Positions 26,001 through 39,282 of a DNA stretch of 64,000 bases are shown here, in pieces (within the stretch, counting starts at the first letter, position 1; each line of letters starts with the position of its first letter). Source of the DNA: Dendrobates tinctorius. Its lineage: Eukaryota. Made by a program: the position numbers and the translations under genes. The notes below the pieces were generated by a model, which made no database searches, was not told the DNA's origin, and saw nothing but the letters and a program-made list of their open reading frames with translations. The DNA is taken from the NCBI RefSeq assembly GCF_039654945.1, contig NW_027361924.1:682001-746000 (forward strand), written 5' to 3'.

Positions 26001-29000
26001 TTGCCTTGTTTGGTCGATCTTATTCTGGAAGTAGGTGGCAAAGTCCTCGGCAGAGATGAGGGGAGTTGGAGGTGGCAGTGGTGGGCGGAGGAGAGTTGAA
26101 TGTGCTGAGCAGTTGTTTTGGGTTGTAGGATAATGAAGATACAAGGTTTGTGAAATAGGTCTGTTTAGCAGAGGTGAGGGCTAATTTGAAGGCAAGTATA
26201 GCTTGCTTGAAAGCAGTGAAGTCGTCTGGCAGGCGTGTTTTCTTCCAATGCAGCTCCTCGACTCTGGATGCTTGTGGAACGTTTTTGGTGAGATTGTTGT
26301 GCCAGGGATGCCTTTTGATTTGTCTCACTTTGCCATGCATGAGAGGAGCGACTGAGTCTATAGCTGATGTGAGGTTGTCGTTTCTGTGAATGTCTAGGTG
26401 TGCGAGGTTTCTGTGAGGATGTGCTAGTGGCTGGACATGGGGGGCGGGTGAGGAGGACAAGGATGAGAAGGTGAGTGGTCAGATAGGGGAAGGGAGAGGT
26501 TGTGAGATTAGATAGGGAACAGAGGCGAGTGAAGATGAGGTCTAGTGTATGTCCGTCTGTATGAGTGGCTGTGGAGGACCACTGAGTAAGTCCAAAGGAT
26601 GAGGTAATGGACAGGAGTTTTGAGGCTGATGGCTGGCGTGTGTCCGTAGGGATATTAAAGTCACCCATGATGATGGTGGCGATGTCTGATAGGGAATTTA
26701 GATTGTGAGCCCCATCGGGGACAGTGATGATAATGTGTGCAAACTGTAAAGCGCTGCGGAATATGTTAGCGCTATATAAAAATAAAGATTGTTATTATTA
26801 TAGTATATATGTACAGCTAGTATAACCCGGGTATCTCCTGTGTATAATTATATACGTACAGCTGGTATAACCTGGGCATCTCCTGTATAATATTATACAT
26901 GTACAGCCGCTATAACCTAGGTATATCCTGTATATAATTATATATGTACAGCTGGTATAACCTGGGCATCTCCTGTATAATATTATATATGTACAGCTGC
27001 TATAACCTATGTATATCCTGTATATAATTATATATGTAGAGCTGGTATAACCTGGGCATCTCCTGTATATAATTATATATGTACAGCTGGTATAACATGG
27101 GCATCTCCTTTATATAATTATATATGTACAGCTGGTATAACTTGGGCATCATCTCAGCCCTATCTTACCTTCTCATGCCCCTTCTCGGTCACGCTAGCGT
27201 ACAGACTCTCCAGTTCAGGGGTCTGGCCTTTGGACTCTGTCACGGTCTCAGGAAGCGTCCAGCGCTTTAGTGTGAAATCTTGGCTTCCGCTCACAATAAA
27301 GGAATTTTTCAATCTAATAGAAAGATAGAAGCTGAAGGCGACACTGGTCTGTCCATGATGCCACGTCTACTGCGGCTTAGGAGGGATGAACTGCAACACT
27401 GCTGTCTGCACTAAGATCAGCGGCGCCTGCAGTTTGTTAGCCGCTCATCCATCCTTCCTACCTGGAGCAGGCGATTGCCCCCACACCATTGGTGTGACCT
27501 CCGCCCATGGCGACACAATGCACCCGTCCGGTGGCTTTATTCATCCTCCAGATCCTGACTGTTCGATCCTATAAGAAAGTGCAAATTGAGCAAAGCACAT
27601 GGAGGTCACCTGCTGGAGCGGCTCATATTTTAACACATTTTTTGGATAGTAGTACCTTGGCAGAGCTGGCAAACATGAGGCCTTTCTTAAATACATCAAG
27701 GGCAAGAACAGTCTCTAAAAAAAATAAATAAAATAATAATAATGATAAATAAAATTGAGAAAAATACTGCCACCTTGTGGCTAATGTTGGTATTGCTCTT
27801 AGGCTAAAACGACACGATAACTTTAAAGGAAAAAAAAAATTAGGCTACTCTGTAAATAATTTTGATTAAAAATCTACAGTTTGGTGCACACAGTTTCTCC
27901 AAAGATTAATGTGTCTCCAAGATTTCTCCCTCCCCAATAGGTTTACAAGATTTGACATAAGGAGGGGAGTGACGTAACTTCATGATCAGCCCAAATATAT
28001 ATATACTTTTTTTTTGGGGGGTGTGTGTGCGTGTGTGTGTGTGTGGGGGGGGGGGGGGACGACAAAGAAATCATCTTTACAATTAGATTTTGTTAAAATT
28101 TTTTGATCGTTTGGTATTTATATGACTTTTTTTTCTCCATAATTCAAAATGAGTTAACTGAGGATCTATTGGTGAGCTCATTCTGAAAGCAGTTCGTCAC
28201 TATTTTTTCAGCCCTCCTTCTATGTGGTCTGTGGTCATCAATCCACCCAGAAGACCTCAGAAATAAAAGGGTTACAAACTCCTGGGAGATCTAGCTCACC
28301 GACAGATTCTCAGTAGAGTTGAGCAAATCGATTGGTGCATACATGCCTGGCATTAAGCACCACTGTACCTATGCCACACTGCTCCACCAGGTACATTGCT
28401 GGTCTCTGTAGCTCCTGTTTTTTCACGACAGGCATGTGACCACTGCGGCAATGACTAGCCGCAGCAGTGACTGACGACAGTGGTCACATGTCCATATGAC
28501 TAGAACAGGATGTCCAGAAACAGGCTCTGTACTCCTCACTTGAGATTGGCTGCAGCCGTCACATGCACATTCAGACTGGATTAAAAACAATAAAAATCTG
28601 CAGAGAATGTGGATGAAAATCTGCAGCAGAATTTTGGGGGATGCTTTTGTATTGTGAAGTGTTTGCAGACATTTGCACCGTGCACAACGTACCCGAGTGG
28701 CCGTACAGGATCTGGCAGTTCGATGTTTCCAGCTCAAAGACTTTTATTTGGGGGCTGTTTGTAGCCACAACGATGTGGGAGTCAGAGGGACCCAAGAATT
28801 TCACATCCAGAACCTCGTCGTTATATCCTGCAAACTGAGGGTGAGAATGTTAGGAGGCGGCAAAGATCACGGGAAAGCGGGTCCGAATGTACGAGACAAA
28901 CCTGCTTCTTTAGCTGTAGGTTGTGGAGGTCGTACATGATAATACTGTGCTCCGCGTTCACCGTCACCACCTCCTCCTGGTTAGGCAGAAGCAGGCAGTG

Positions 29001-32000
29001 GGTCAGGCTGTGCTCATCCCCCTCTTCTTCCGAGGCTTTCTTACTGGTGTGAGGCGATGGCTGAGTGTATAAACACCTGGATGTGGCTGCATCCCACACC
29101 TGCAGTATACCTGGCAAATAGAGATGTAGCCCAGAATCAGTACAGAAAACAGTAATGTATGTACACAGTGACTGCACCAGCAGAATAGTGAGTGCAGCTC
29201 TGGAGGATAATACAGGCTGTAACTCAGGATCAGTAATGTAATGTATGTACACTGACTGCACCAGCAGAATAGTGAGTGCAGCTCTGGAGTATAATACAGG
29301 ATGTAACTCAGGATCAGTAATGTAATGTATGTACACAGTGACTGCATCAGCAGAATAGTGAGTGCAGCTCTGGAGGATAATACAGGCTGTAACTCAGGAT
29401 CAGTAATGTAATGTATGTACACTGACTGCACCAGCAGAATAGTGAGTGCAGCTCTGGAGTCTAATACAGGATGTAACTCAGGATCAGTAATGTAATGTAT
29501 GTACACAGTGACTGCATCAGCAGAATAGTGAGAGCAGCTCTGGAGTATAATACAGGATCAGTAATGTATTGTATGTACACAGTGACTGCACCAGCAGAAT
29601 AGTGAGTGCAGCTCTGGAGTATAATACAGGAGGTAACTCAGGATCAGTAATGTAATGTATGTACACAGTGACTGCCCCAGCAGAATAGTGAGTGCAGCTC
29701 TGGGGTATAATACAGGAGGTAACTCAGGATCAGTAATGTAATGTATGTACACAGTGACTGCACCAGCAGAATAGTGAATGCAGCTCTGGAGTATAATACA
29801 GGATGTAACTCAGGATCAGTAATGTATGTACACAGTGACTGCACCAGCAGAATAGTGAGTGCAGCTCTGGAGTATAATACAGGATGTAAGTCAGGATCAG
29901 TACAGGATCAGTAATGTATGTGAATAGCGAGTGCGACTTTTTCAAGATATGTTTTTGGCTGAGAATGAGAGATGCTCATACAATAACCAACACTGCCCAG
30001 CTGTGTGTCTCTGATGCATACATTCCCTGTAATTCCACCTTCTGTCTTACCTTTACTGCCAGCTGTGATGAAGAGAAGAGACTTTGTGTCCTGATCTCTG
30101 CCGATCAGATTGGGGGCATTGGGGAGGAGCAGGACGACCTCCACACACTGTTGAGAAAAAAAAAATACATTTGTTTCTCGTGTATCTAATGTCCACAATG
30201 ACAATCAAAGATTGAGTGATCACCGACCTCGTACACGGGAACTGTCCTCTTGGGGGTCTTAGTCACCAGGTCCCACACGGTGCAGATCTTATCACGACCT
30301 GAGCTACAGACAAGAAGCGATCGCAATAACTGATCATCCCTGGGGTGTACAAACTTCTAGGAGAGCACTGGCATTGTGCAATTACAGTAGGGCCCTACCT
30401 GATCATGGTGTCCCCATCAGCGGAGAAGCACAAGGAGGTGACGGCGCTATAATGATTTTCCAACAGACACAGACACTTGCTGGACTTCAGATCCCAGATA
30501 CGAATCTTATAATCCATGGAGGAGGAGAAGAGCTGCAACCGGGACATCTCAGGATGAAACTGCACCAGACTAAAAAGAAAGACATGCATGAAAGACGGCA
30601 ATACCAGAACGAATCACTGAGCGGCGGCGTTTAAGGAGAAGAGCAGTCGCGCCTTTCTAATCTCTTACCACCCTTTCAAATATTGTACTACCTAAAATAC
30701 TAAACAGAGAGTTTACTGCTGCAATAGATGCTAAAACCAATGTCGACGGCAGTGTACCCCCTAAACTAGGCATATAAAACTTACTGGACCACGCCGGAGG
30801 AGCCCTTCAGGTTGTGGGTGCAGTACTGCTTCAGCACATCCCAGATCTTGATTGTGCTGTCACAGCCACCTACAGGTAGAGAAGGGTAATACAGTTATAT
30901 GTAGCTGCACAGCATCAGCAGCCAGACATATGTAATGATCGCAACAAGCACAAAAATACAAGAAAACAATAAATATTCTAATCAGTATTCTGCAATACGG
31001 AAGCTTTGCTCTTAATTTACATCTGACAGTGGTAGAACTAAGCCACATATTAGAGAATCGATCCGTAGCACCCTGGTCCAGTGGCCAGGTCAGTAGTTTG
31101 TGGCCACAAGACAGCAGTCCTGTGATCTGCCTCCCCAGCTCCTTTTTTCTGATGAGCAGGTCTGGAATCATGCTGCACCAGTAAAGTCGCCGGGAAGGCC
31201 GATCACAGGACTCCGGACCCGCAGCCACTGACTGTGTACCTGGCAATCTGGACCAGGGTGATACAGATGGATTCATTGATATCCATCACCTTTTCTTTTA
31301 ATCTATCTTATTCAAAGTGCTGTTAACAACTTTTAGAGGTTTACTTTACAGCAATAAACAATAGACTGGAGAGGACTCATTGACTTCAATGGGAAAGTGT
31401 TGGGGGCATTCTCTTTGACCTAAGCAAGGAGGGGGCTGATGAGATGAACTATGACAATTGACCACTATGAATAGTGGAACCTGTGTAATATATCACTTTT
31501 TAGCAGTCTCATCACCATCAAAGGTAGGCAACATACATATATAAATACTGTGTATATGTATGTTACCGGCCTGTGCCGATAATGCGACTGCTGAAAAAGT
31601 GATATACTACACAGGATCCATCATTCACATCACGGTTCAGCAGTCTCATCATCACAGGCAGGTAAAGTACATGCATATAGTGTGTGCGCGCGCTACCTGC
31701 CTGTGATGATAATGTGACTGCTGAAAAGTGATCTCTACAGAACAGGAAGTGTCAGTCTACTGAGAATCAGAGTAAAAACTGCAAGTATTCAGGATATGTT
31801 TAATAAAGACAGAGAGATGGAAAATAAAACTAAAACATAAAATCACACCATACATTTTTTTAAACAAATTATACAGATTTGTATTGTCTTTTTAAAGTAA
31901 TGGTAGCTATGATCAGAAAAGAAACGGGGGAGTCTTACCTGTAGCCAGCAATGTAGAGGTAGAGTCGAAGGCCATGCTGGAGACTGGTGCGGTGTGGATA

Positions 32001-33495
32001 GCCTTCCAGGTCCGAGTGCATGCTCCCGTCTGCCACTGCCATTGTTTTAGTAGCAAAGCACGGCTGCTGGTCACCAGGATCTACAGGGAAAACAGAACTT
32101 AAAGGGTATGTCCACCTTTGCAACCACTTTCAATTAATTGCTCCGATACATCCAAAATAAAGAAATAGTACAGATAATCCTGATTAATAAACCGCTACCG
32201 TTTTGGGTCTACATCTCTTATACAGACCTGTCACCATAGTAACAGACTACAAACAAACCCTGTGCAGTCTGACCACAATTATATCCATATGTCCCCGGCT
32301 TTGTGGCGACCTCCTGAATGTAGAAACAAAGGAGCAGCGTTTACTGCAGAATCAGACTACAGTGAACTTGATTGTAGACTGTAGATATGGAAACAAAGGT
32401 TTGCACAGGAGCTGTATACACAAAATGGTAGGATTTATAAACTTATGCTTACCAATACTAATAGCAAAAGGTCTTATTTTTTCTGTTGCGAAGAGGCCAC
32501 TTGATATTATAGTTACCTCATCATCTGGGCTGAGTATAAAACTCGTGATGTCTTCCTGATCATCCTAGGATACAAAAAAAGATGTATAGCTTAGTGAAAT
32601 GGCGCTCTGTATAGGATGGTATCAGATGGGTGAAGCCTCAATCTCCCCTCCTGGCACTGACTGGAGGAGTCACATGCTCCTGTTATTGCCCCCGAGGTCC
32701 CCATTACCTCCTATGGGGAAGATTTTTAGGACGGCAGGTCCCCTACCTGTTCTATAGTTCGGGTGATGACCCCGGTGGCGATCTCCAGGACATTCAGCTT
32801 ATTACCGCATATACATAACAGGTGGGTCCCATCCTTAGTGATCTGTCAGAAAAAAATAAATCATCATCAGATCCTGGCGGCCTCTGACATCATGGACGTC
32901 GATCTGGAGACATCTGCTGAATACCTGAATTTTGCCTCTTTTATAGAACGGCTCAATCTTCTTCTCCACGACATAACTGGAAAATATAGACAATGAGTTA
33001 TAGCGTATCCACCAGCCAGCGATCCAGTCTGCAAGCCAAAATTCATCTAGGGGGTCTCGCCTGGGGGGGGGGGGGGGGGGGTGTCTAAACTGGCAAGAAA
33101 AAAAATAACTACTCCCCTTTACATGTTACACCGATCCTGGCGACATCCTGCTCACGCCGCTGCAGGGCTGGTTACCACAGAGGTCTGGCGCAGTAACGCA
33201 CCCTGCCCAGTGTGAACAGCGCACGCTCAGGATCAGCCACTGAATGGAAACACCAAGGCCTCCAGGCACTGACAGCAAGCAGGGATCTGGATGGATGATT
33301 TATAGAAGCTATACATACACTCAGTCAGCCCCATTAATGTTAAATATCAATGTAGAGAATATTACATAGAACTGTGATGTGGTGGCGCAGCTGGGACTTG
33401 TAGTACCACTACTACTATACGCAGGAATGGGCAAAGTACCGGAAACAAACCACCCCGCCTTACTTGGTCTTAAACTGCACAGCAGGAGCCGCCAT
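20767..33495 (-). CDS. tbl3: Transducin beta-like protein 3 (UTP13 orthologue, WD40 SSU-processome protein), ~22 coding exons
   Basis: Exon 1 (33495-33464) reads [10 protein letters not shown], then [20 protein letters not shown]40 exons include [26 protein letters not shown] and [17 protein letters not shown]. The Utp13 C-terminal region reads [26 protein letters not shown]. Stop at 20767. Splice sites read are GT-AG. Confidence 0.96.
23013..23088. repeat. (TA)n(CA)n microsatellite in TBL3 intron
   Basis: Visible dinucleotide run. Confidence 0.95.
24950..26686 (-). mobile_element. L2-clade LINE ORF2 fragment (endonuclease end to RT), frameshifted
   Basis: Peptides [48 protein letters not shown], and degenerate AFDTVDH and QGSVLGP motifs. 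Confidence 0.85.
26686..26802 (+). mobile_element. SINE/L2-type 3' tail joined in opposite orientation to the L2 fragment
   Basis: CTGATAGGGAATTTAGATTGTGAGCCCC...TGTAAAGCGCTGCGGAATATGTTAGCGCTATATAAAAATAAA followed by (TTA)n. Confidence 0.65.
26803..27150. repeat. ~45-bp minisatellite in TBL3 intron
   Basis: Unit TATATGTACAGCTGGTATAACCTGGGCATCTCCTGTATATAATTA, about 8 copies. Confidence 0.9.
29150..29920. repeat. ~86-bp tandem satellite in TBL3 intron
   Basis: Unit CAGTAATGTAATGTATGTACACAGTGACTGCACCAGCAGAATAGTGAGTGCAGCTCTGGAGTATAATACAGGATGTAACTCAGGAT, about 9 copies. Confidence 0.92.
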
Positions 33496-33589
33496 GTCCT
33501 TTTTCTACCCGGTCTTCCACCCTCTGCTCAGCACCATATAGCAGAAACACACGCGGACAGCAACATCACATGCGTTCCGTACAGAGCAC

Positions 33590-33715
33590 CACACTTCCGG
33601 CGCCATCATTCTACGTCATCCGCGGGGCAGGAAGTCCCACAGGCGCCATCTTGCTCCACCCAAAGCTGTCCCTATTCTCACGGGCGCCATCTTGCTGCAC
33701 CCAAAGCTGCCTATA
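33590..33715 (-). promoter_or_regulatory. TBL3 housekeeping-type promoter (ETS/GABP, YY1 and CRE-like motifs)
   Basis: ACTTCCGG at ~33593, CAGGAAGT at ~33628, ACGTCA, and duplicated CGCCATCTT at 33644 and 33685. ZNF143-type ACTACAAnTCCCAGC motifs lie at ~33390 and ~33996. Confidence 0.6.
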
Positions 33716-35712
33716 TTTTAAAGGCACCGAGTAAAGTTATGTACCGATTACTTTTATAGGGTGTGGTGGTGGTAAAGGTCCAGCAAGGCAGAGTTGTACA
33801 CTTTTGTTTTACACATCAACGTTAAGTAAGTCAATGTTTGCCCATATGTTAGTCTGCCTTATATTTATATGATAGGGCTAGGCCCTGTGATATACTCCAT
33901 CGTCCTTACATCAACACCTTGACTGCTGTACTGAGTAATCAATTTCTTCATCATCAAGTCTTACTAGTGTTACCCAACCGCCAGCTGTTGCAAAACTACA
34001 ATTCCCAGCATGTCATGGCAGCCTGCAGTAGTTAGTTGCAGTTTGAAAATGAAAGGACACTACTAATAAGCAGCTTGTAACATGCTGCATCTCTTCGTCC
34101 AGCGGGTTGGCTTTTTTTGTAGCTTAAGCCTTTTCAACCTAAACGATCCAGGGTTGTTTAAAGTTATTTTATATTGCAAAAATATAACCATATTTTATGT
34201 GGTTTTGTTTAACCTCCAAGAGCCTGACGTATCCTGAGCATTATAGAGTCATTCATATCTTCATAATTATCCCATTGTCAGATAGACCTTGTAAATACAA
34301 GTCATTTTTCAATTTACTACTTTTTTAAAATATTCTACCGTTCTTGAGATAATAACATTTTTGTTTATAGCTTGTTGCCTAGGAGACAGACCACCACTGC
34401 TAGACGGCAGCACATGCACAGCGCTTACAACAGGCGGGGAATCTTTTATCTACCAAGGGCCATTTGGATATTTATACCATCCATTGGGGGTCGTACAAAT
34501 TGCGTCCTGCCCAACGTACGTCCTGACGCTAGCTCTGATGTCAGAACGTAATCTTTCATTGCACGCGCCTTAGCGTTCAGAAGTGAACGCGGTGTGTTCG
34601 TGCTCACAGAGCAAGAAAAAAAAAATGAATGGGCCCCGCAGCCATCAAAATACAACTGCCAGCCCATGCGCCGCGGTTACCGAGTACCTGCCCAGGGAAC
34701 GGATAAAAGACCATTGAGGGCCTGATGTTCCCCACCCCTGGCGTGCAAACCCTTTTAGGTTGATCTTGCGATCACTGTTTTGAAGCTGGCACTCATTATT
34801 ACCTCCTAATGCTGGCCAACATTAGCGCACTGTTTACAAACTAGACAGTCGCTCATAATCTCAGAAAAATCCTTCTTTAATTTAATTGAACCTTAAAACA
34901 TGGATGCAGGATAATGCAGCTACAAAGATGCACGACAGCTGTTTTGCGCACAATGGAGCTTCAACAGACTCAATGAAGCACTATTGCGCCAGAAATGGCA
35001 ATCGTCCATCTTTTTACCTGCAATATCCTGAATCCATGTTTTAAGGTTCATTGAAAAAAAGAAGAATTTTTATGGGATTGTATAGAGCCCTGCTTTTTAT
35101 TACATACTGTCTTGTTAGCTGTGTAATGCAATTATGGCTGATGGAGCATGGGAAAGCGTCCTGTCTAAAGGGCCTTTTACACATAGCGAGATCGCTAAAG
35201 CATCACCGATTTTGTGACGCAACAGCGATAGCGCTAGCGATCTCACTACTACGTGTGATCCAATTGATATATGGCGTATCAAGAAAAAAAAAAAAGCAGA
35301 ATTACTATTTTTTGGATACTGCAATAGTGCAATAAAAGGTGATAAAAAAAAATGAGCACTCCCCTAGCCCCAGATCCCGATTATTGGAAACAGCAATACA
35401 AGCAAAACATTTTTTTTTTTTTTGACAAATTTCTGAATATTTCTTCATCATGTAAAAAACAAAACACAAATATATGTTTTTCCAGGTCAGTAACAATTGT
35501 GGGACTGCATTTTTTTTTCTTTTGCAATTTCAATGCACTTGGAACGTTTTTTCCCCACTTTCCAGTGCATCACATGATAAGATGAAAAGTACAACCTGAC
35601 CTGCAAAAAAAAAAACCAACAACAAGCCCTCATACGGCTATGAGGACAGCAAAATAAAACAAAGAAACGGAGGACAAACGAACATGGAAAAAAAAAAAAA
35701 GAAATTGGTTAA

Positions 35713-36605
35713 GGCTATGTGCCCACGTAGCGTTTTAAACCGGACACTCAAAACCGGACTCCTTCCCAGAAAACGCGCTTTTTTTCCGCGCGATTTTACC
35801 GGGATTATGTTCGCGATTTTCGTGTGCGAAATTCAAGCACTTTCCAAGCGTTTTGAAGCATCGCTTGGAAAGTGATTGACAGGTTGGTCACACTCGTCAA
35901 ACATAGTGTTTGACAAGTGTGACCAGGTTTTTACTATTGAGGCCGCCTATGCGGCCTCAATAGTAAAAGATAGAATATTAAAAATGATTAAAAAAAATCG
36001 GGGTATATTCACCTTCCGACGTCCCGCGCAGTCTCAGCGGCGCTCCCGTTCCCAGTAATGCCTTGCGAGACCTGTGATGACGTTGGTCTCGCGTTGCTAT
36101 AGCGATCTCACGAGACCGCTAGAGTCACGCGAGACTACGTCATCACAGGGCCTTGCCGCAAGGCATTACTGGGAACGGGAGCGCCGCTGAGACTGCGCGG
36201 GACGTCGGAAGGTGAATATACCCCGATTTTTTATTTTTTTACAGGGGTATGGTACCCAGGGCCTGGAGGACAGTCTCCTCTCCTCCACACCGTGGGTACC
36301 AACCGCACATGAGACGCTTAACTTCGCGCATGGTGGGCATAGCCACATGCGGGAAGTAAGCGATTCTCATGCATTCCTAGAGGTGCGGAATCGCGGCAAT
36401 TCTTTGCGATTCCGCAAAAAGAATGAGCATGCTGTGTTTTTTTCCACAATGCGATTCCGCCGCGGAAAAAAGCGCAGCATTAGTACAGCATGTGCGGAAT
36501 GCCATAGGAATGCATGGTGTGGGTTCTGTACGAGTTTTTTTTAACCATTTCCGCACCAAAAATCGCGGCAAAAACGCTTAAAAGTCGCATCGTGGGCACA
36601 CAGCC
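35713..36605. mobile_element. PIF/Harbinger-type MITE with internal palindrome
   Basis: TIRs GGCTATGTGCCCACG / CGTGGGCACACAGCC with TAA duplicated. Inner hairpin at ~35985-36240. Same family as the elements at 60147 and 62873. Confidence 0.75.
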
Positions 36606-36893
36606 TAAAGGCTGTAGAAGAGGAAATATTGAATAGTTGCACACATCCTGGGGGACCTTTGTGGACCTGAAAGGTTCCCTATGCCACATAAACACACCAC
36701 TGGGGGCCCATAGCCGTCCCAAATTTACCTTGACTGCCCCCAAATTTCTAGAAACAGTCCCAATAAATTTGGGTATATCCTGGTCACTGAATTTGTTTAA
36801 TTCCTGTCATTCCCACCTTCTTTTGTTCCGACTCTATTTTACCAAGCGAGTGGTTGGCAAATATGAAGGACTTGGAAGGAGATGGATAGCCCT

Positions 36894-37032
36894 NNNNNNN
36901 NNNNNNNNNNNNNNNNNNNNNNNNNNNNNNNNNNNNNNNNNNNNNNNNNNNNNNNNNNNNNNNNNNNNNNNNNNNNNNNNNNNNNNNNNNNNNNNNNNNN
37001 NNNNNNNNNNNNNNNNNNNNNNNNNNNNNNNN
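36894..37032. other. Assembly gap (N run)
   Basis: Run of n. Confidence 0.99.
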
Positions 37033-37408
37033 AGAAAACAGTTCATTAATATAAATGTTCCAAATTCCAGCATTTATGACAATTTTCCTCTCGTTGTAAA
37101 AGAAAGATTTGTAGGATTTAAATAAAGTTTATTGAAGTTCTGCCATTTTCACATCTATGAATCTCTCTGCTGCCCATAGCAACCAATCGCAGCAGAGCTT
37201 TCATTTTGTATTCTGCTCTTCAGAAGTGAAACCTGTGCTGTGATTGGTAACCGCAAGAAGCAGTAACTACTCTGACCCAGTCCATGCCGCTGAGGGTTTT
37301 TTTTGTCAAGCTTTTAGTTTTGAGTTGTGGCAAAACGAATACATAAAAGTACATTAGATATTAGATAATGGCGGAACTATTCATTACACAGCATATGCGT
37401 CATATTAA

Positions 37409-37548
37409 NNNNNNNNNNNNNNNNNNNNNNNNNNNNNNNNNNNNNNNNNNNNNNNNNNNNNNNNNNNNNNNNNNNNNNNNNNNNNNNNNNNNNNNNNNNN
37501 NNNNNNNNNNNNNNNNNNNNNNNNNNNNNNNNNNNNNNNNNNNNNNNN
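37409..37548. other. Assembly gap (N run)
   Basis: Run of n. Confidence 0.99.
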
Positions 37549-39282
37549 TCATCAGTGAAAGGGGATTGCCATCTCCAAGATCCTATCCCAATATGTAGTA
37601 AGTGTAATAATAATAGCAAATACCTGCAATTAGAAATGTAGTATAGTTCTTCTGATTAGCTGTTTTACTTACCCCATGAGCAGGGCATTGCAGTAGCGTA
37701 GGTATCCATGGTTACTACCGCTAACAGCTAATTGTCACTATATGGCCGGGATCACACGTGAGAAATACGGCCGAGTCTCGCATGTTAATAATCAGCACTG
37801 TCGCCGGCACTTGGATCGGAGCATTCGGCCACATAGTAATACATGCAGCCGCACGCTCTGCTCCCGAGTGCCAGGTATTAACATGCAAGACTCGGCTGTG
37901 TTTCTCACATGTGTGATCCCAGCCTATAAGTGGTCATAACCATGGATAAGAAAGCTATTACAATGCCCTGCACATGGGGAAAGTGACATAGCTAATCTGA
38001 AGAACTATACTAATCTCTAATTGGAGGCATTCGCTATGATTATTATTATTATACCTATTACATATTGGGATAGGATCTTCGAGATGGAAATACCTCTTTT
38101 AAGGCTGTGTTAACATCTCGTGGCCACAAGGGTAGCAAAAACGTGCATTGTTTCACGGCAATTTTATAAAATAATGGCATAAAAAGGTTTTAAATTGATT
38201 TTTTATTCTTACACATACACACACACATACACAGCATTAAGTTTGTAGCAGATACCACATGGAATCCTCCTCAAAGAACTGACGTAATTTTTTTTTTTTT
38301 CCCCATGGATTATTTTGCAAAATTTCATTGGGGGTGGGGAGGAAGAAAAAAAAAAAAAAAAATCTTATGAACAGCAGCATAGAATTTCCAATGAAATATA
38401 TAGGAAGCGTAATAAAAGTGGATTTTAGGCAGTTTAGGGGGAGAATTCTGGAAGGGATCTACAGTAAAATCCTCCTAATAAAAAACTATCTACAAGACCG
38501 GATCTGCTCCAAAATTCTCATCAAAATCAGCTTCAAAATGCCCTCCTTATTCCTTCAATGCAAATCAACTTTGCTGTTCACAAGCTTTTTGAGCATTTTT
38601 TTCTAATGAGGTCTTGAAAAACGCTGCAAAACATAGTGTGGGAAACAGGGTGGGTTCTTTTGAAGACAGAAACAAAATCTGATGTGTTTTTTTCAAGAGG
38701 AATTCACTTCAGGAAATTTCTAGTTTTTTTTTTTCTGGAGGTGTTTTGAAGAAGATTTTGAAGCTTTTTTTTTGTCTTTTTTCTCCACCCTGTGTTCTGC
38801 AGCTTCTGGACCTGCCAATGTCAAGTTCTGAGAGGATTCCATGAGGATAGGACAGTCTTTTTTCCCAGAGGGCATTTTCAAAACGTTCTTGGTAAAAGCA
38901 AAAAAAACAAAAAAAACTTCAAAAGTGTATTTTCTACTGGAGTGAACAGTGAGATTATGCAAAGCGTATTAGAAACCTTTTATGAGACAGGATTTTGGAT
39001 TAGATCCGCTTAGAAACGCTAGCCAAGTGCTTTGTTATACAGTCGTATGGGGCCATTCATGGCCTAGTAACTGCTGTGCAGTCAGAGGATCCCAGTGCTC
39101 GGACCCCCAGCGACCTAAGATTTTATCATGTCCTGTGTGATAATGGGATTATGGGGGTGGAACAAGAACCCAAAATATAGAGGGTCCCTATGTCAAGCAC
39201 AGCTCTGCAGCGGGCAGACACGGGTTGTCGGTTCTGTCCAGAGCGCTCCTTTACGGTATGCTAGCACATGGCAGTGCTGCGG

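Noticed and set aside
28821-29945. Repetitive hydrophobic ORFs ([11 protein letters not shown]...)
   Set aside because: They are translations of the 86-bp intronic satellite. Only the ~28901-29110 part is a TBL3 exon.
36637-37619. ORFs spanning N runs
   Set aside because: They are artefacts of the assembly gaps.
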